DNA of 64,000 bases from Gonapodya sp. JEL0774 (lineage: Eukaryota). The number at the start of each line of letters is the position of its first letter. Positions within the stretch are counted from its first letter, which is position 1. Both the position numbers and the translations under genes were made by a program. The notes below the pieces were generated by a model, which saw only the letters and a program-made list of their open reading frames with translations, did no database searches and was not told the DNA's origin. Location: the NCBI GenBank assembly GCA_027604505.1, contig JADIIX010000053.1:1-64000 (forward strand), given 5' to 3'. This document shows positions 25,928-37,689 of this stretch, piece by piece.

Positions 25928-27942
25928 TCAACTTTTCTTTTCCTTCTTGATAGCTTCCCAGACCCTCCCAACTCCTCTCGCCCATTCTCGCTCGCTCAAA
26001 TGCCAGAATCCAACCGGTCGGCGTGGATCCCCGGCTTCCACAGGAGGCTTCCGGAGCGCCGTTGGGCGAGGAGTCCTTAAGATCATATCTCGGATCTTCG
26101 GCGGAAATGCTAGGCGCATCTGAGTATCGGAGCTGGGGGCACTTTGGTGAATCGATGTATTTGTGTCACGGGCAACATCACGACGAAGTTTCCAGTTAGC
26201 AAACACAGAGCCGCCACTGTGAGGCGGCGGGATGTGCACCACATTGGGAGTGGGAGATCCTCCCAGCCATCCCAGGTGTGACTGGGTGGAACCAGCAGGC
26301 GTGGGGAAACTCGCTGGCTCGACGGCGACTGATGCAGGCTCAATCGCACCACTCTTGGAATTTATGATTTCCCCCGACACAGCGCCTGCACCCGACTCCA
26401 GCTCCCAAGCCGCCCACCCCTCCTTCCATCCCTGCCAGGCCGTGCCCCCATCATCTTCCCAAAAAGAGCTCCACGCCCTTTCTATACATCTCCTCTTGTC
26501 TCTATCGGTTTCACGTGATTCGACGCACACTAACGCAACGTGGGGCCCTGAGGTAGCCCACCCTGCCATTCCCGGTTCGTTCCCAGCCGGATCGACCACG
26601 GCAGCTCGGCCCCAAATAGCGCGCCGAACGAGGCGCCAGAGTCCAAGGTCTACAAACCCAGCTGTTTGAACGACGAGGAGAAGGTGACAGCAAGAAGCAA
26701 ACAGAAGTGCGAGGGGAAGGTCGTTCTGCGAGTGTCCAGGACAAGGAACCGGTGGTGTGTCAAGAAGAAGGACTCTTTCTGGTGAAGCGTGCAGGAGAAC
26801 GGAGGGTGTTGAAGATGTTGGGGTTGTTCGTGAGCGAGTCGCCGGCGGGAGGATCGATGCCAGGAGGGAAGATTTATCAATTCCTTGAGGGCCGAGAAGT
26901 GCAACAGAGAAGACACCGGGAGTATCAAGGAGGGCGGGGTGACGGGGATCAGGTGGGGTATATGAAAGTGGGTGCCCCGATAGTAAAGTAATTGGGTTAG
27001 GGAACGCAGGGTTGCCGGTGCTAATTTGATTTAATGACTGTTGAGATGCATATTGTGGCAGGGTTGCAGAAGAATTCGTCTGCGCAACTCTGCGCTCAAG
27101 AATTATAGGCGTTTTTTGGCTGAGAGTAGATACTGGAGGTCGGGCGGATTGAACAGTAAGGTGGCCAGACGCCGGGCGTCCAGAGTTGGGGGAGTGGGGA
27201 CGAGGGCGTCCATCTGGTTACACAAAGAACAGGGAATGTGGGCTTTAGTTTGCGACTGACGAGGGGGTCCAGTGAATTGGGTGGAGTAATCGGCTGAAGT
27301 CCATTTTCCTTTCCTAGATTAGGCGTTGAACAAGAGAGCCATTCATGCCCCAGATACAGATTTAGAGACTCAATCACCGAGCTCAACGGCCGTTCCCTCC
27401 GAGACATCAAATTCGCATGGATAGTGATTCATAAAAAGGGGGAACACGCTCCCCGCAACATATCACTCCCTTCAAAAAGACGAGCCAGTGGACCCACCTC
27501 CCGCAAATTTTGTAGCTCCTCGAGTCTCATCGTGGCCCCTTCGGCCATCTCCTGTTTTACTCCCACCTCGACCTTTCCTGGTCAGAGATCTGTCTCGGTC
27601 CTGATCTGCATCCTTATCCCCATCGCTCGCCACAGAAGCACTTTCAACCCTTTCTCTAGCACCGGGACCGCTTCTACCACTTTTGTTTCTGCTCTCTTTC
27701 TCGCTGCGAGTTGGCAAACTTGGGTCGCCAAAACCGTTCGATAAACTTGTTGAAGGATTGTCCCGACGCGCATCTCTCACTTCTCGCCTAATACCTCCAA
27801 GCCCCTTTCCACTCTTTGAATTTCCATTCCATTCACGGTGTTCCATTCCTCTGGTTGCATCTCGTTCCGTTCCGCGCTCTCCGTTCTGTGGAATTGTTCC
27901 TGGTTGCTCCGGTCTTGGACGTCTTTTGCTCGCGTTCTCCAT
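25928..27942 (-). CDS. SMG9: Nonsense-mediated decay factor SMG9 homologue (predicted exons 27942-27498 and 27213-25928)
   Basis: The open frame upstream of the listed ORF reads SVALLGPQGIDKSSLL..ERVLLLDTPP..DLPLALLFASCCHLLLVVQ..VDLGLWRLV..PHVALV..KIRDMILRTPRP..LSEREWARGVGRVWEAIKK, collinear with remembered SMG9 motifs (VLGLQGTGKS, ERIVFLDTQP, VCHVVIVVQ, LTEKNW..ARIWDGVRK); a phase-1 GT-AG intron joins a disordered exon 1. Confidence 0.8.
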
Positions 27943-28661
27943 CAGTGTAGTGTGTATGTAGATTGTTGAATTGCCAGACTCTTGTATTCAATCCCTTTCG
28001 TATGAAGGCGGAATAGAAAATTGAGCCACGCGATCAGCTGTAGAATCTACAGGCAAGCGAAGGAGGAATCGAAGTCGGAGGTTGAAGATGGGTCTGACAA
28101 TCCTGAGTCAAATCGCACCATCGGTTGCGCGTGCCGTGTTGCCAATGTATATGGGATTTGTGCTTGGACAAAAGTGCAAAGTGGTAAAGGTTGGCACCTC
28201 CGCATTCTTCTTCATCAGAGCCTTTCCCCGCCCGTTTTCACCCTCTCTCTCTCCAAATCACTTGCTGTGTCAAATTTGTAAACAGAAAACGCTCAGTAGC
28301 AACCAGACCCTTCAAAAGGGAGATACAGCATCCACTGTGATCAATGCAGGCTCATATCCTCATCAAGTGGTCAATTTCATCGATTTCCATTAAGGTCAAT
28401 GTCCGGAGCTGTCCAACATGCGCGCCGTGCTGACGCTTCTTTTTTACTAGAAGCAGCTTCTGAGCTGAACAGGATGGCAGAGTTTGAGCGAGATATCGCA
28501 TTCGCGGTGGAGCGTCAGCTGCTGGTAATTTACAAGCGAATCGTCCGAAACAACCGATATCGTCTCTAGAACATATTCTTCGGCACTAGGAGGCAATCCG
28601 GGCTTCGCAAGAGTCTTTGTCATGTAACGAGACAAACGAAGACTTTTCAACGCCATCCATC

Positions 28662-30550
28662 ATGTCAACCTCCAACGACTACTACTTTAGTGGTCCTAGG
28701 CGCTCAAGCAAATGAACTTATAGCCGAAGCTGATTTGTCAATTCGCAAGTGCTCGACTTCGAGCGGCAAGTTCTTGATCGTGACCGTCAATTTGCTACTT
28801 ACTTGCAGCAACTTGAGCGCAAAAGATAACGCATGGAAGACCGTGACGACGCCTGGACCTCTGATCTAAAATCTGTCAATGGTGATGATCCTCTAGACAA
28901 CCTCGAGGATCTGGGGACAAGCGAGATGATCGAAGACTTCATTCAAGCATGATTATCAATCTAGAATATTACAACAAACCCGCATCTCAATTCGTCCCCT
29001 GAAAGACCAGCACCGAATTGCACGCAGAACGTAATGGCAAACACCGCGCCCAACCCAACGTTAGCTCTGCAGTTACTGGCGGACGACCTCGACCTCGAAT
29101 CTCGACATGCCCGGTCTGCATGGAGGAATTTGAGCACCTTCCTGTTCCATCAAACTCTCCTACCCCCAGTTGCCACCACTTCCGCTGCTGCTCCCCGCAA
29201 AAGAGGAAATGAGTTCTCCTGCGGCCATGCTGTTTGCTACACATGTCTGAACGACTATCTGACTCACGGACTGGCGAATGAGACATTTCCGCTCAATTGC
29301 CCACAGAGCAAAACGTGTCCCGTTATCATGGCATCTGACATATTGCCAGATGGGGTACTTTCCCCGGTGGAGATGGATCGCTTTACACAGCGGTATATCT
29401 TGGGTATAATGGGAGAAAAATTGATTTACTGTGTGAACTCTCGGTGTTCTCTTCCGCTGTGAGTGGAAATTTAGCAGCTGTTTGATCTGGAAGGTGGGGT
29501 ATTGATTTGCGTCAGTTTCACTCCAAATTTAGTGAGATGCCCGAGTTCGATGACGGTGAAAGCGCAGAATGCCCATGCTGTTTCACAGTCATGTGCCGTA
29601 AATGCAAAGTGGTACGTCAAATCACTGCTGTTGGTTTTGATGGGCAATTCAAAGTTGTCACTTCAACCTTCCTTCCATCATGTCCACCCAGGAATTTCAC
29701 TACAATCTCACATGCGCTCAGTATCAAGCCCAGCCACCCCACCTTAGGAGCCGAGAGGACCGTCAGCTCATTGAACCCGCCAAGGAACGAAAGTGGAGAA
29801 GGTGCCCAGGTTGCCAGGCGATGGTGGAACTTGTTACACACCATGTAATCACGTGAGCTAGTATCGTGCAATGATTGATTGGCCTATGACTGGGTACACT
29901 CATCGCACCCTACTGCGGACAAGACTACATGCAAATGGGGAGGGAGGGAGTTTTGCTACATTTGTGGCTCTGATTGGGTCCAACAAACGCGCCGAAACGG
30001 TGGGGATAATCTGCTTTCTTGGAAGAGGTTGAGCCTCTCTCATACAACTTACCCAGGTTGTCCTCTCTGGGATGATGAAAATCTGGCCGCGGAACACAAC
30101 CGTAATGCAATGGCTGAAATTCGCCTGGAGACTGAGGAGGAAACAATCGAGCGACACGCGGCAGACCCAACAGTATGCATCGTGCATCTTGCCGTTGATC
30201 GCAATTTTAATTCACTAGATTCTTCTATTTGCTACAGCTGCGCCCCTTCCTCGTTTCATTGCAGGATGTACATAATCGTCCTCAAGAGGTGGGTTTCCGT
30301 GTGCCAAACTGGCTTTTGCGGCATGTGGGAGAGAGGACTTGCTCATATTGTGGGAATCAAGTAAGTTATATCCTTTCCGGGAACATACCCCTGTTTCTTA
30401 TCATTTGCATTCTGTTAAGTTCAATTCACTGCAAGCACTGACGCAACATCCGCAACACACGATGCAACACCGCGTTTACATCTGCTGTGGACGGATCTAC
30501 TTGAACGCGGAGGGAGTTTTAACGCACAGGAGTATGTCAGGGCGGCATTA
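28662..30550 (+). pseudogene. Disrupted RBR (RING-IBR-RING) E3 ubiquitin ligase
   Basis: CPVCMEEF and CGHAVCYTCL..CP lie in different frames; IBR YCVNSRC..ECPCCFTVMCRKCK; RING2 WRRCPGCQAMVE..EFCYICG is frameshifted; in-frame stops at 28827 and 28950. Confidence 0.7.
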
Positions 30551-30606
30551 GCCTATCTGTTCTGAGAAACTGGCCACTGCAGCTGTGCCACATTCACGTC
30601 ACTCAT

Positions 30607-32214
30607 ATGCTGCTCGAAATGTGGCCCAGCTTATTTCATAATCGTCATTTTGTACCAAGCCAAAGTCAATCCTTCATATCAACCGTTTGCTTCTCCACTC
30701 ATACGATTCTGCTTTCATCAAATACGCGTTTGATGTCAGCCAATACCACGCTCGTGATATCATCAGAGCTGCTCGAAGATGTTCGTCGGGTTGTTCGAAC
30801 AGCGTTTCCGACCGAGCAGGCTCTATCGAATGCGAAATACAAAGACGTTTTGTCTGCGATCAGGGTTTTCAACCCGTTCTTCCCCATGCCGCGTCCGACC
30901 GTAAATGGTGACGCTGGTCCATCACGTTCTGCTCAAGCCGCCAAACAGGCCGAGCACTCTATCGATAGGTCTATCCCGATAGTACACTCTATTGACCGCG
31001 CGACACGGCTCAAAGTCGGCATGATTGCCCCTTCGATGGTTACCAATAACCTCGATACTGTGTCACACACTGCGGAGAACCCAGTGAATACACAATGGTG
31101 CAACGTTGCATCTCTTCCCCTGCAAAAGCAACGGGACATTGATATCGCGCGTCGAGCTGATCGCCTTTCGGTCGCTGATGGCGACGTGAAACCATTACCT
31201 TTCACGACTTCAGAGTCTCCCGATGTATCAACGCAGTTCACTGCGTTCATACCGATTCTAAAACCCGCGCTCGCCGCTATCCCCACTGTGCATGATGCCA
31301 GTTGTCCCAACACTCAAATTGACCAGATAACCGCAGATGTTTGCCACAAAGTGTCTCCCAACGGTTCGTTGAACCCGCCTACGAATGCACTCATCCCACG
31401 CCCGGTGTCTTTTGACTACTCGGGATTCACTCCAGTGCCCTCGGACTTATCTGACCCTGTGCTTCGGGCTATTGATGAAAAAACGCGAATGTGGCACTGG
31501 AATTGGCCTGCCATGTCGAGTCGCCTGACACTCTATGCGAAAGAGCCTGGAATTCCAGAGAACATTTGGAAAGCTATTGCATTTGGACAGTACGTTGATT
31601 TGGCTCAGCTCTGGCAGTCCGACGCAAACGGCGGCGCACAGCCCAATTCAGCAAACGTCATTACCTCCTTACCTATCTGGCTACGGGCCTACGGGAAACT
31701 CTCTCGAGCTATGGAGTTCTTATTCCCCGAACTAAGAGATTTCCGGATTCTACCAACCTACGCAGAGAGCATCGTCGAGATCTTTGAAACTCGTGGAGCC
31801 TTCTGTTGGGACTCTATCTACGCATATGACATTGAACACCGCAAGGCAGTGGCTGCTAATCATTCAAAGTCCCTCCTTGAAACCGATCCAGTCATTTTTG
31901 CTCGAATTTTGAAACCGCATACCACTGCCACTCACCAGGCTCCCCTCATTGATGCACCGCCTGGGGGAGGACCTCACCGCACCAAGAAGGCAAAATCACA
32001 TGGTAGCAGTGGTGCAAAAGCTTCCTCTGGCAGGACAATTTTGAGCAGCGTATGCAACAACTGGAACAGTGGGCGATGCACGGATGGCCAGTGTCCAAAG
32101 AGTCGTCTTCACGTCTGTCGGACTTGTTTCAATGCGGATCACCGGGCCATCAACCACCCACGTGGCAAACCTACCGTTGCTACAGACAACCAGACTTTTA
32201 AGGTCGTCACTTGA
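30607..32214 (+). CDS. Intronless DIRS/Ngaro (tyrosine-recombinase retrotransposon) Gag-like protein, with no pol or YR alongside
   Basis: 535-aa ORF (possible true start 30733): PENIWKAIAFGQYVDL, W..AY......FLFP, YDIEHRK, and a terminal CCCH+CCH(H) knuckle CNNWNSGRCTDGQCPKSRLHVCRTCFNADHRAINH as in fungal YR-retroelement gags. Confidence 0.7.
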   Translation: MLLEMWPSLFHNRHFVPSQSQSFISTVCFSTHTILLSSNTRLMSANTTLVISSELLEDVRRVVRTAFPTEQALSNAKYKDVLSAIRVFNPFFPMPRPTVNGDAGPSRSAQAAKQAEHSIDRSIPIVHSIDRATRLKVGMIAPSMVTNNLDTVSHTAENPVNTQWCNVASLPLQKQRDIDIARRADRLSVADGDVKPLPFTTSESPDVSTQFTAFIPILKPALAAIPTVHDASCPNTQIDQITADVCHKVSPNGSLNPPTNALIPRPVSFDYSGFTPVPSDLSDPVLRAIDEKTRMWHWNWPAMSSRLTLYAKEPGIPENIWKAIAFGQYVDLAQLWQSDANGGAQPNSANVITSLPIWLRAYGKLSRAMEFLFPELRDFRILPTYAESIVEIFETRGAFCWDSIYAYDIEHRKAVAANHSKSLLETDPVIFARILKPHTTATHQAPLIDAPPGGGPHRTKKAKSHGSSGAKASSGRTILSSVCNNWNSGRCTDGQCPKSRLHVCRTCFNADHRAINHPRGKPTVATDNQTFKVVT

Positions 32215-32717
32215 TCCTGGTGGCGAATCTTCACGGTGGGATGGAATTTGATATTGATGATCGTGGTGCGGAGATTGTGCATTATGGCTCTGTAGGCGAA
32301 CTGGGATAATCTATTTACTTGTTTGTGGTGCCGTTATGCTGGGGCTGGGAGTGTTTTGGTATTTGAAATCAAATGACAGTTCGGGCACGGTGGACAAGCT
32401 CTATTGATTGCGTTGTCAGAAAAGGAACTCTTTTAGCACATCTGTTTCTATCAATGCAATCTAGAAATGTTGTGCATAAGACCTTCATTATGCTGATTCT
32501 GATTTCCGCAGTATTTGTGGAGCCCTGTACAAGCCCGGACGCCACTGACGAGATTGCGTTGTTGATTTGGCGATCTCTACTGCGTTCGCACTCCATGTTT
32601 TATGTACTACATATTGCACCAGGCCTGGTCCTGTATTTACATCTATCTAACTCTACACGGTTGCAGATATCTACAAATGGTGGAACCCTCCATCTCAAGT
32701 GAATCCAACTCAATGTC

Positions 32718-34064
32718 TTATCTCCTTTTTGCATTCTTGTTCCTGTTCCTCGCGATCTCCTCACACCTCCTCTCAAAAGCACCCATCACTCTCCCAGTCA
32801 CATCCGCAAAGACCAAGCCCGCCGCCGCTGCGTGTGCCGGGTTCTTAAACTCGAACTCAATGCGGAAATCCACAAGGGTCGGCGCGAGGTGTAGGGCTGG
32901 ATGGTTCACTGAGGTGGGACGTTTGGTCGAAGTAGTCGAAATAGCACCAGGGGATGACAGACCCCGACGGAAATCCGATGGAGTGCTTAGCGTCGGATGG
33001 AGGGGCGTAAACGTCCAGCTACAGAGCATGTGTTTGAAGAGCGTGGTGTCGGCAGCTTTGGCCTGCGCATTGTGGAGGATTTGGGCGAAAAGAAGAAGAA
33101 CTCAATGAGTCTGAGCGAGGGTGCAACAAAATTGTACAAGAGTACCAAAAACACACTCAAGGGATTGATGAATCCGTAGCGCTCTCTCGCAGTTCAAATT
33201 AAAAATAATTAAACTCCACGATGCAGATCCCAGGTCTGGCATGATGAACATGAATTGGCGAAGGGCCGACTCCCCTGAGCCCGAGACTTTCAGCAGCGAC
33301 AAGCTCTTGCCAACGTGGTAATGATCACGAGAACATTATATCTCAGAGCATCAGCGAAGGTCGCACTCTCACGTTGGACAGATTGCTTGGCTTCCAGATC
33401 TTGATGAGGACTCACCTCGACCCTCCAGTTTTCCCAGCAATCAACCTCGCTAATATATCGTTCTTCAAACCCCGCAAATCCAATTGCGAGCTCCGCGCGC
33501 ATGAGATCCCTCCCCGAGCCTGCACTTCTAGTTGAGAGAACACGCGAGCTGGTGCAGAAGGGGAGGAATCCGCGGTAGGAATCGACATCGCGGACGAGAC
33601 AGTAGAGAGAAGCCGGGTCATATCTGGTGAAAATGAACATGGACCATTAGAGTAAATCGGGGAACCTGACACGTTGAAACCCATCAAAAGCGGTATCGAC
33701 GACAGTATGCATGCGCCCTTTAAAAACTAACTTTCAACAATTTTCAGCGAGACACTCAACACTACTGATGTCAAGTTCCGAAAAAAGAACATCCCGGTGT
33801 CGAACATGCAGACACTCACTGCAGGACCTTACTCTCCACATGCTGTTTGGTCATCAGTGCCTTTTGTGCACCAGGCAGCACCGTCGATAGGTCAGGTAGG
33901 GAGATGAAAGACCTCCGCGAAGACGGACTATGAGAAGAGCAGTGGGGAATCCGTCGTGCTGTACAAGGGTGCACGTGGAATGGATCAAGGTTCATCGTTG
34001 AGAGAAGTGTGCGCGGAAAGTACTGGCAACGATGGCCCCACTGGTGAAGTGCGCGGGTAGTCAT
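32718..34064 (-). CDS. COQ10: Coenzyme Q-binding START-domain protein
   Basis: Presequence ending RRSFISLP; LVRDVDSYRGFLPFC..S.V, AELAIGFAGFEERYISEV, VDFRIEFEFKN, MGAFERRC. Confidence 0.9.
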
Positions 34065-34534
34065 TCGCGATGTTATGTTCTATGATTGTGGGAGATGACG
34101 GGATCAGCATCCGTTGCCCTCAGGTAATGCACACAAATATTTGGATTTTATTGTTACAAACAAACATAGAGATTGGAAATGCAAACAAAATCATCGCACG
34201 GTTACTCGGAAGCCTTTTGGACGGATGGTCATTACGAACAGTGTGATTCTCCACCCGCTACAGGAGAGTCGAATGTCACACCTAGGAGACTCTCTGACCG
34301 ATAGAGTGTCTCATGTGAATATACAGTAGCGAAATAGACGGCTAGAGTCCAGCTCTGCGCTTGCTCACCCTCTACGAATAACAACAGTGAGTGTGTGGGT
34401 GATTTTATGTTGTGGGGATCTGTGCCTGGTTCACCCCCCTCGGGCGACCCCTCTTCGCCCTCGCTTGTCGTCCTTATCCATATATACCCAGCTCACAATA
34501 GTGCGCTGGAAACATCAACCATCTGGTCGCACGG

Positions 34535-37488
34535 ATGACGGAAACCCAGCATCCAGAACCTCGGCGATCTTTTGACCAGCGTTTGAATGCCACCGCCACC
34601 ATCGACCAAACGGGTCTCCACCACCGAGCTACTGTCCAAGCCACCCCAGCCTCCTTTGAGCGCTTTCCGTCTGAATCTGGTAGTCAATTCTCCGAAACTC
34701 CCATTGTCCCCGAGTGGCAAAGCGTTGCGATGAGTGAGAGATCGAGCAAGCCCTTTGTAGGTGGAGAGCCAATGCTGCCTATCTCTCGACCACCAACCAA
34801 ACAAAAGCGATGGAACATGCGATGGCTTATCGTCGGTGAGATTTTTATCTCTTTACATTCGGCGAATGCATGACGTAACTGTGATCGGACCACCCCATGA
34901 TCGTCCGTATCTATATCCAACATATACTGCGAATGACTCAAACATAACAGGCAGTGTCCTCCTAGTCATTGGAGTAGCAGCCGTCGTTTTTGGAATTACA
35001 TTTGTTATTGTCAGGGCCCGAGACAACAGCGCTTCGGAAAGTGCCGCTGCACTCGCCGCAGCTGGAGCAATCACCACCGCTTCAGCTCCCACCCCATCCC
35101 CATCCTCCAGCGTATCCCGGACGACTTCCTCTCTAACTACGTCAAATCGCCCATCTACAACGACGGCGGCTTCCACTACCACTTCTGCTGCACCGCGTCC
35201 GTCGTTTCCTTCTACTGCACCAAAGCTTTCACCTGTTACGGGCCCCGTGTTCCCAGATAAGGCGACTGACTTTTGGTGCGTGTTATTATAATGGGTAAGG
35301 TAGCGAGCTTTCTGTTTCTGGCAGTTGATGCAGCTGGACTTGCCCGTAGGTTTGGCCTCACCATTTCAGATTACCTGCCACCCATTATGAACAACTACAC
35401 CGAGGCCGGCTATAAACCCCGTCTAATTCACACATATTATGATATGGTTGCCGGACAGGACCCTCAAGCTCTCGGTATGCCTTCTCGCATCGAACCTCGG
35501 ATTGGGTCGCGAACGTCACGTCTCACAACCGATAATTGTTTCTCTCCATTTAGCTGAAAAGTTCCTTCAAGATCTTGCAGGTATTCCATCTAATGGTATT
35601 GCCATGATTTCACTGCAACCGTTCCTCGGAATCGGTGCTGTTACGGAAGATATCATGCAGACATATGCACAGGCAATGGCGCTGGTTAATCAGTGGGGTT
35701 ACAAAGTTATCTGTGCATTTGCGCACGAGTACGTATTTATGCTTTACTGAAAGCGATCTTACCCTAACGTACGTTGTTCGCCCCTATTCACAGAATGAAC
35801 GGGGCATGGTATCCTTGGGGCAGGTACGTTGGCAGGGCAATTCCTTACCGAAGTGCATGTGGCTCTAAGAAAGTGTTTCGCTCCTTGTTTCAGGCAACCT
35901 TCCGCGTACAGAGTACGTCTCTTCCCCTCACTATTAGGTGTCATCATTCATCACCCTCACTTCCTTCCTTTCTCAGGAGATGTTCCAAAATTTTTCCCGA
36001 ATCGTCAAAGCCACCGCACCTGCCACCGCAATGGCGTGGCTGCCTACGGTCTCCAACTCGTACCCCTTTGACCAGCGGAGGCTTCCAGAGATCAACAGCA
36101 CGGACTGGAACTTACTTGATACGAATAACAACAGTCAATTGGATGCCGGGGACGATCCCTACGAACCATTTTGGGTAAATTTTGCGGAGACTGTTTATTA
36201 TCTCACCAGATATTTCCGTTCTGGCACTGACGTGTTTGTGTTCCCGTATTCCGACCTCCAACCTATTCTTTCATTGCTTGGATTATTTTACCTTGATTAT
36301 TGTGATGCTCTATTGTAAATCCAGCCGTGAGTAGCGTTAAGAGTCATCAACTTATCACAACTGATGAGCCTATTGGTATTTCTTCTGCAAATCGTATATC
36401 TGTTGAAATTGCTCGGTCTTTACTTTTATGAACTATATCTACTGTAGTGGTGATGGTGAGTGGCTGTTGAGACTCTGTTTCTGATCGTGCGAGAGTGTAC
36501 TGACCACCTGTGCTTTGGCTTAGATGCTGTCGGTGAGTCCCGCTTTGAGAACTCGGATTTATTTAATCTTCACATGATTCTTGTGCCCTTCCTTCAAAGA
36601 TTGGGTTGGCGGAGTGAGTGGGGGGGGGGGGGGGGAAATCAGATGGAGCCGACATCTGAACTTTCGCCTATTTCTTCCGAAATCTCGATAGACTATCTAC
36701 TACTATGGCCCCAGCTATCCATGTGAGTTGCTGAAACGAGCTGTTATGCGTTCCAGACGGTGTACTGAGGGTGGGGATCCTATCTCCAGACATCAATAAT
36801 TTCATTGCTCCGCAAGACTTCATCGCAAGTGCACTCGACGGGTACAGAGGTACTGATGCTTTCTATTCACGTGAGCCGTCGAACAAGGACACTTTTGTTG
36901 TGATGGTGTGAACATTTACCGAATACCCTCAGGATACTGTGGTACTCGAAACAAGTCCCTGGTCTGGGCGGAAACCAGTATCTTCCACTGGCCCAATGGC
37001 ACAGGAGCGGACATTCTCTCGCAGAAGCAGTCATGGTGGCGATACATGCTAGGGCGGAGTATGAGACAGCGATACCCAAAGATGCAAGCACTTGCATGGT
37101 TTGAAATAGGTTCGTGGTATGGAGAGCAATTTGAGGACTAGCGATATGTCTTATGTTTGTTGTTTCTCTTATTCTTGATTTTATCAGTGAAGGTAACCCC
37201 TTGCCGTCCAGCACCAGTTGTTGGGTTTCTCATTAACACCACGTCCTTCTTTTCTTTCGACAGGTTGAAGAGACATGGGGTAACCAAACTATTGACTTTG
37301 CAATCAGTTCAAATGCGACCGTCATGAATGCGTTCTTGCGAGGTGAGCCACAATGCCCATCCGTTCAAAGGCAGATGTTCTTGAATCACTTCAACTGAAA
37401 TATTTTATTTCTTCCGATCTTAGACATCTCGCCAGCTGGAAGTGCAGCTGCAGACATTGACTACACTACCCTGGAATGGGGACTGTAG
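34535..37488 (+). CDS. Membrane-anchored glycoside hydrolase family 26 (beta-mannanase/lichenase-like)
   Basis: TM helix (VLLVIGVAAVVFGITFVIV), S/T-rich stalk, acid/base AHE|MNGAWYPWG, spliced DPYEPFWPGDDAVDWVG, nucleophile WAETS, YPKMQALAWFE. Confidence 0.85.
36620..36635 (+). repeat. 16-nt poly-G run in a GH26 intron
   Basis: G16 starts immediately after the GTGAGT donor at 36614. Confidence 0.9.
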
Positions 37489-37689
37489 AAAGCGGAGTTC
37501 GGGTGAATGATAAGGCGGCATTGGACGATGACTAGCTCCTGCTACTTATTCAACATTTATACTTAGATTACACTTGTTTTGTTTTGTTTGTATGTTCGCT
37601 CGGAACCAAATTCCTCCGAAAATAGATTTCAAACTTTCTACTTACGTATAGCTTGTAGTTCATCCAATTCAGCGTTCACCACGGATCTG

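Noticed and set aside
32215..32717. Search for pol/YR sequence or terminal repeats after the gag ORF
   Set aside because: None seen by eye in any frame, so a full DIRS element is not called
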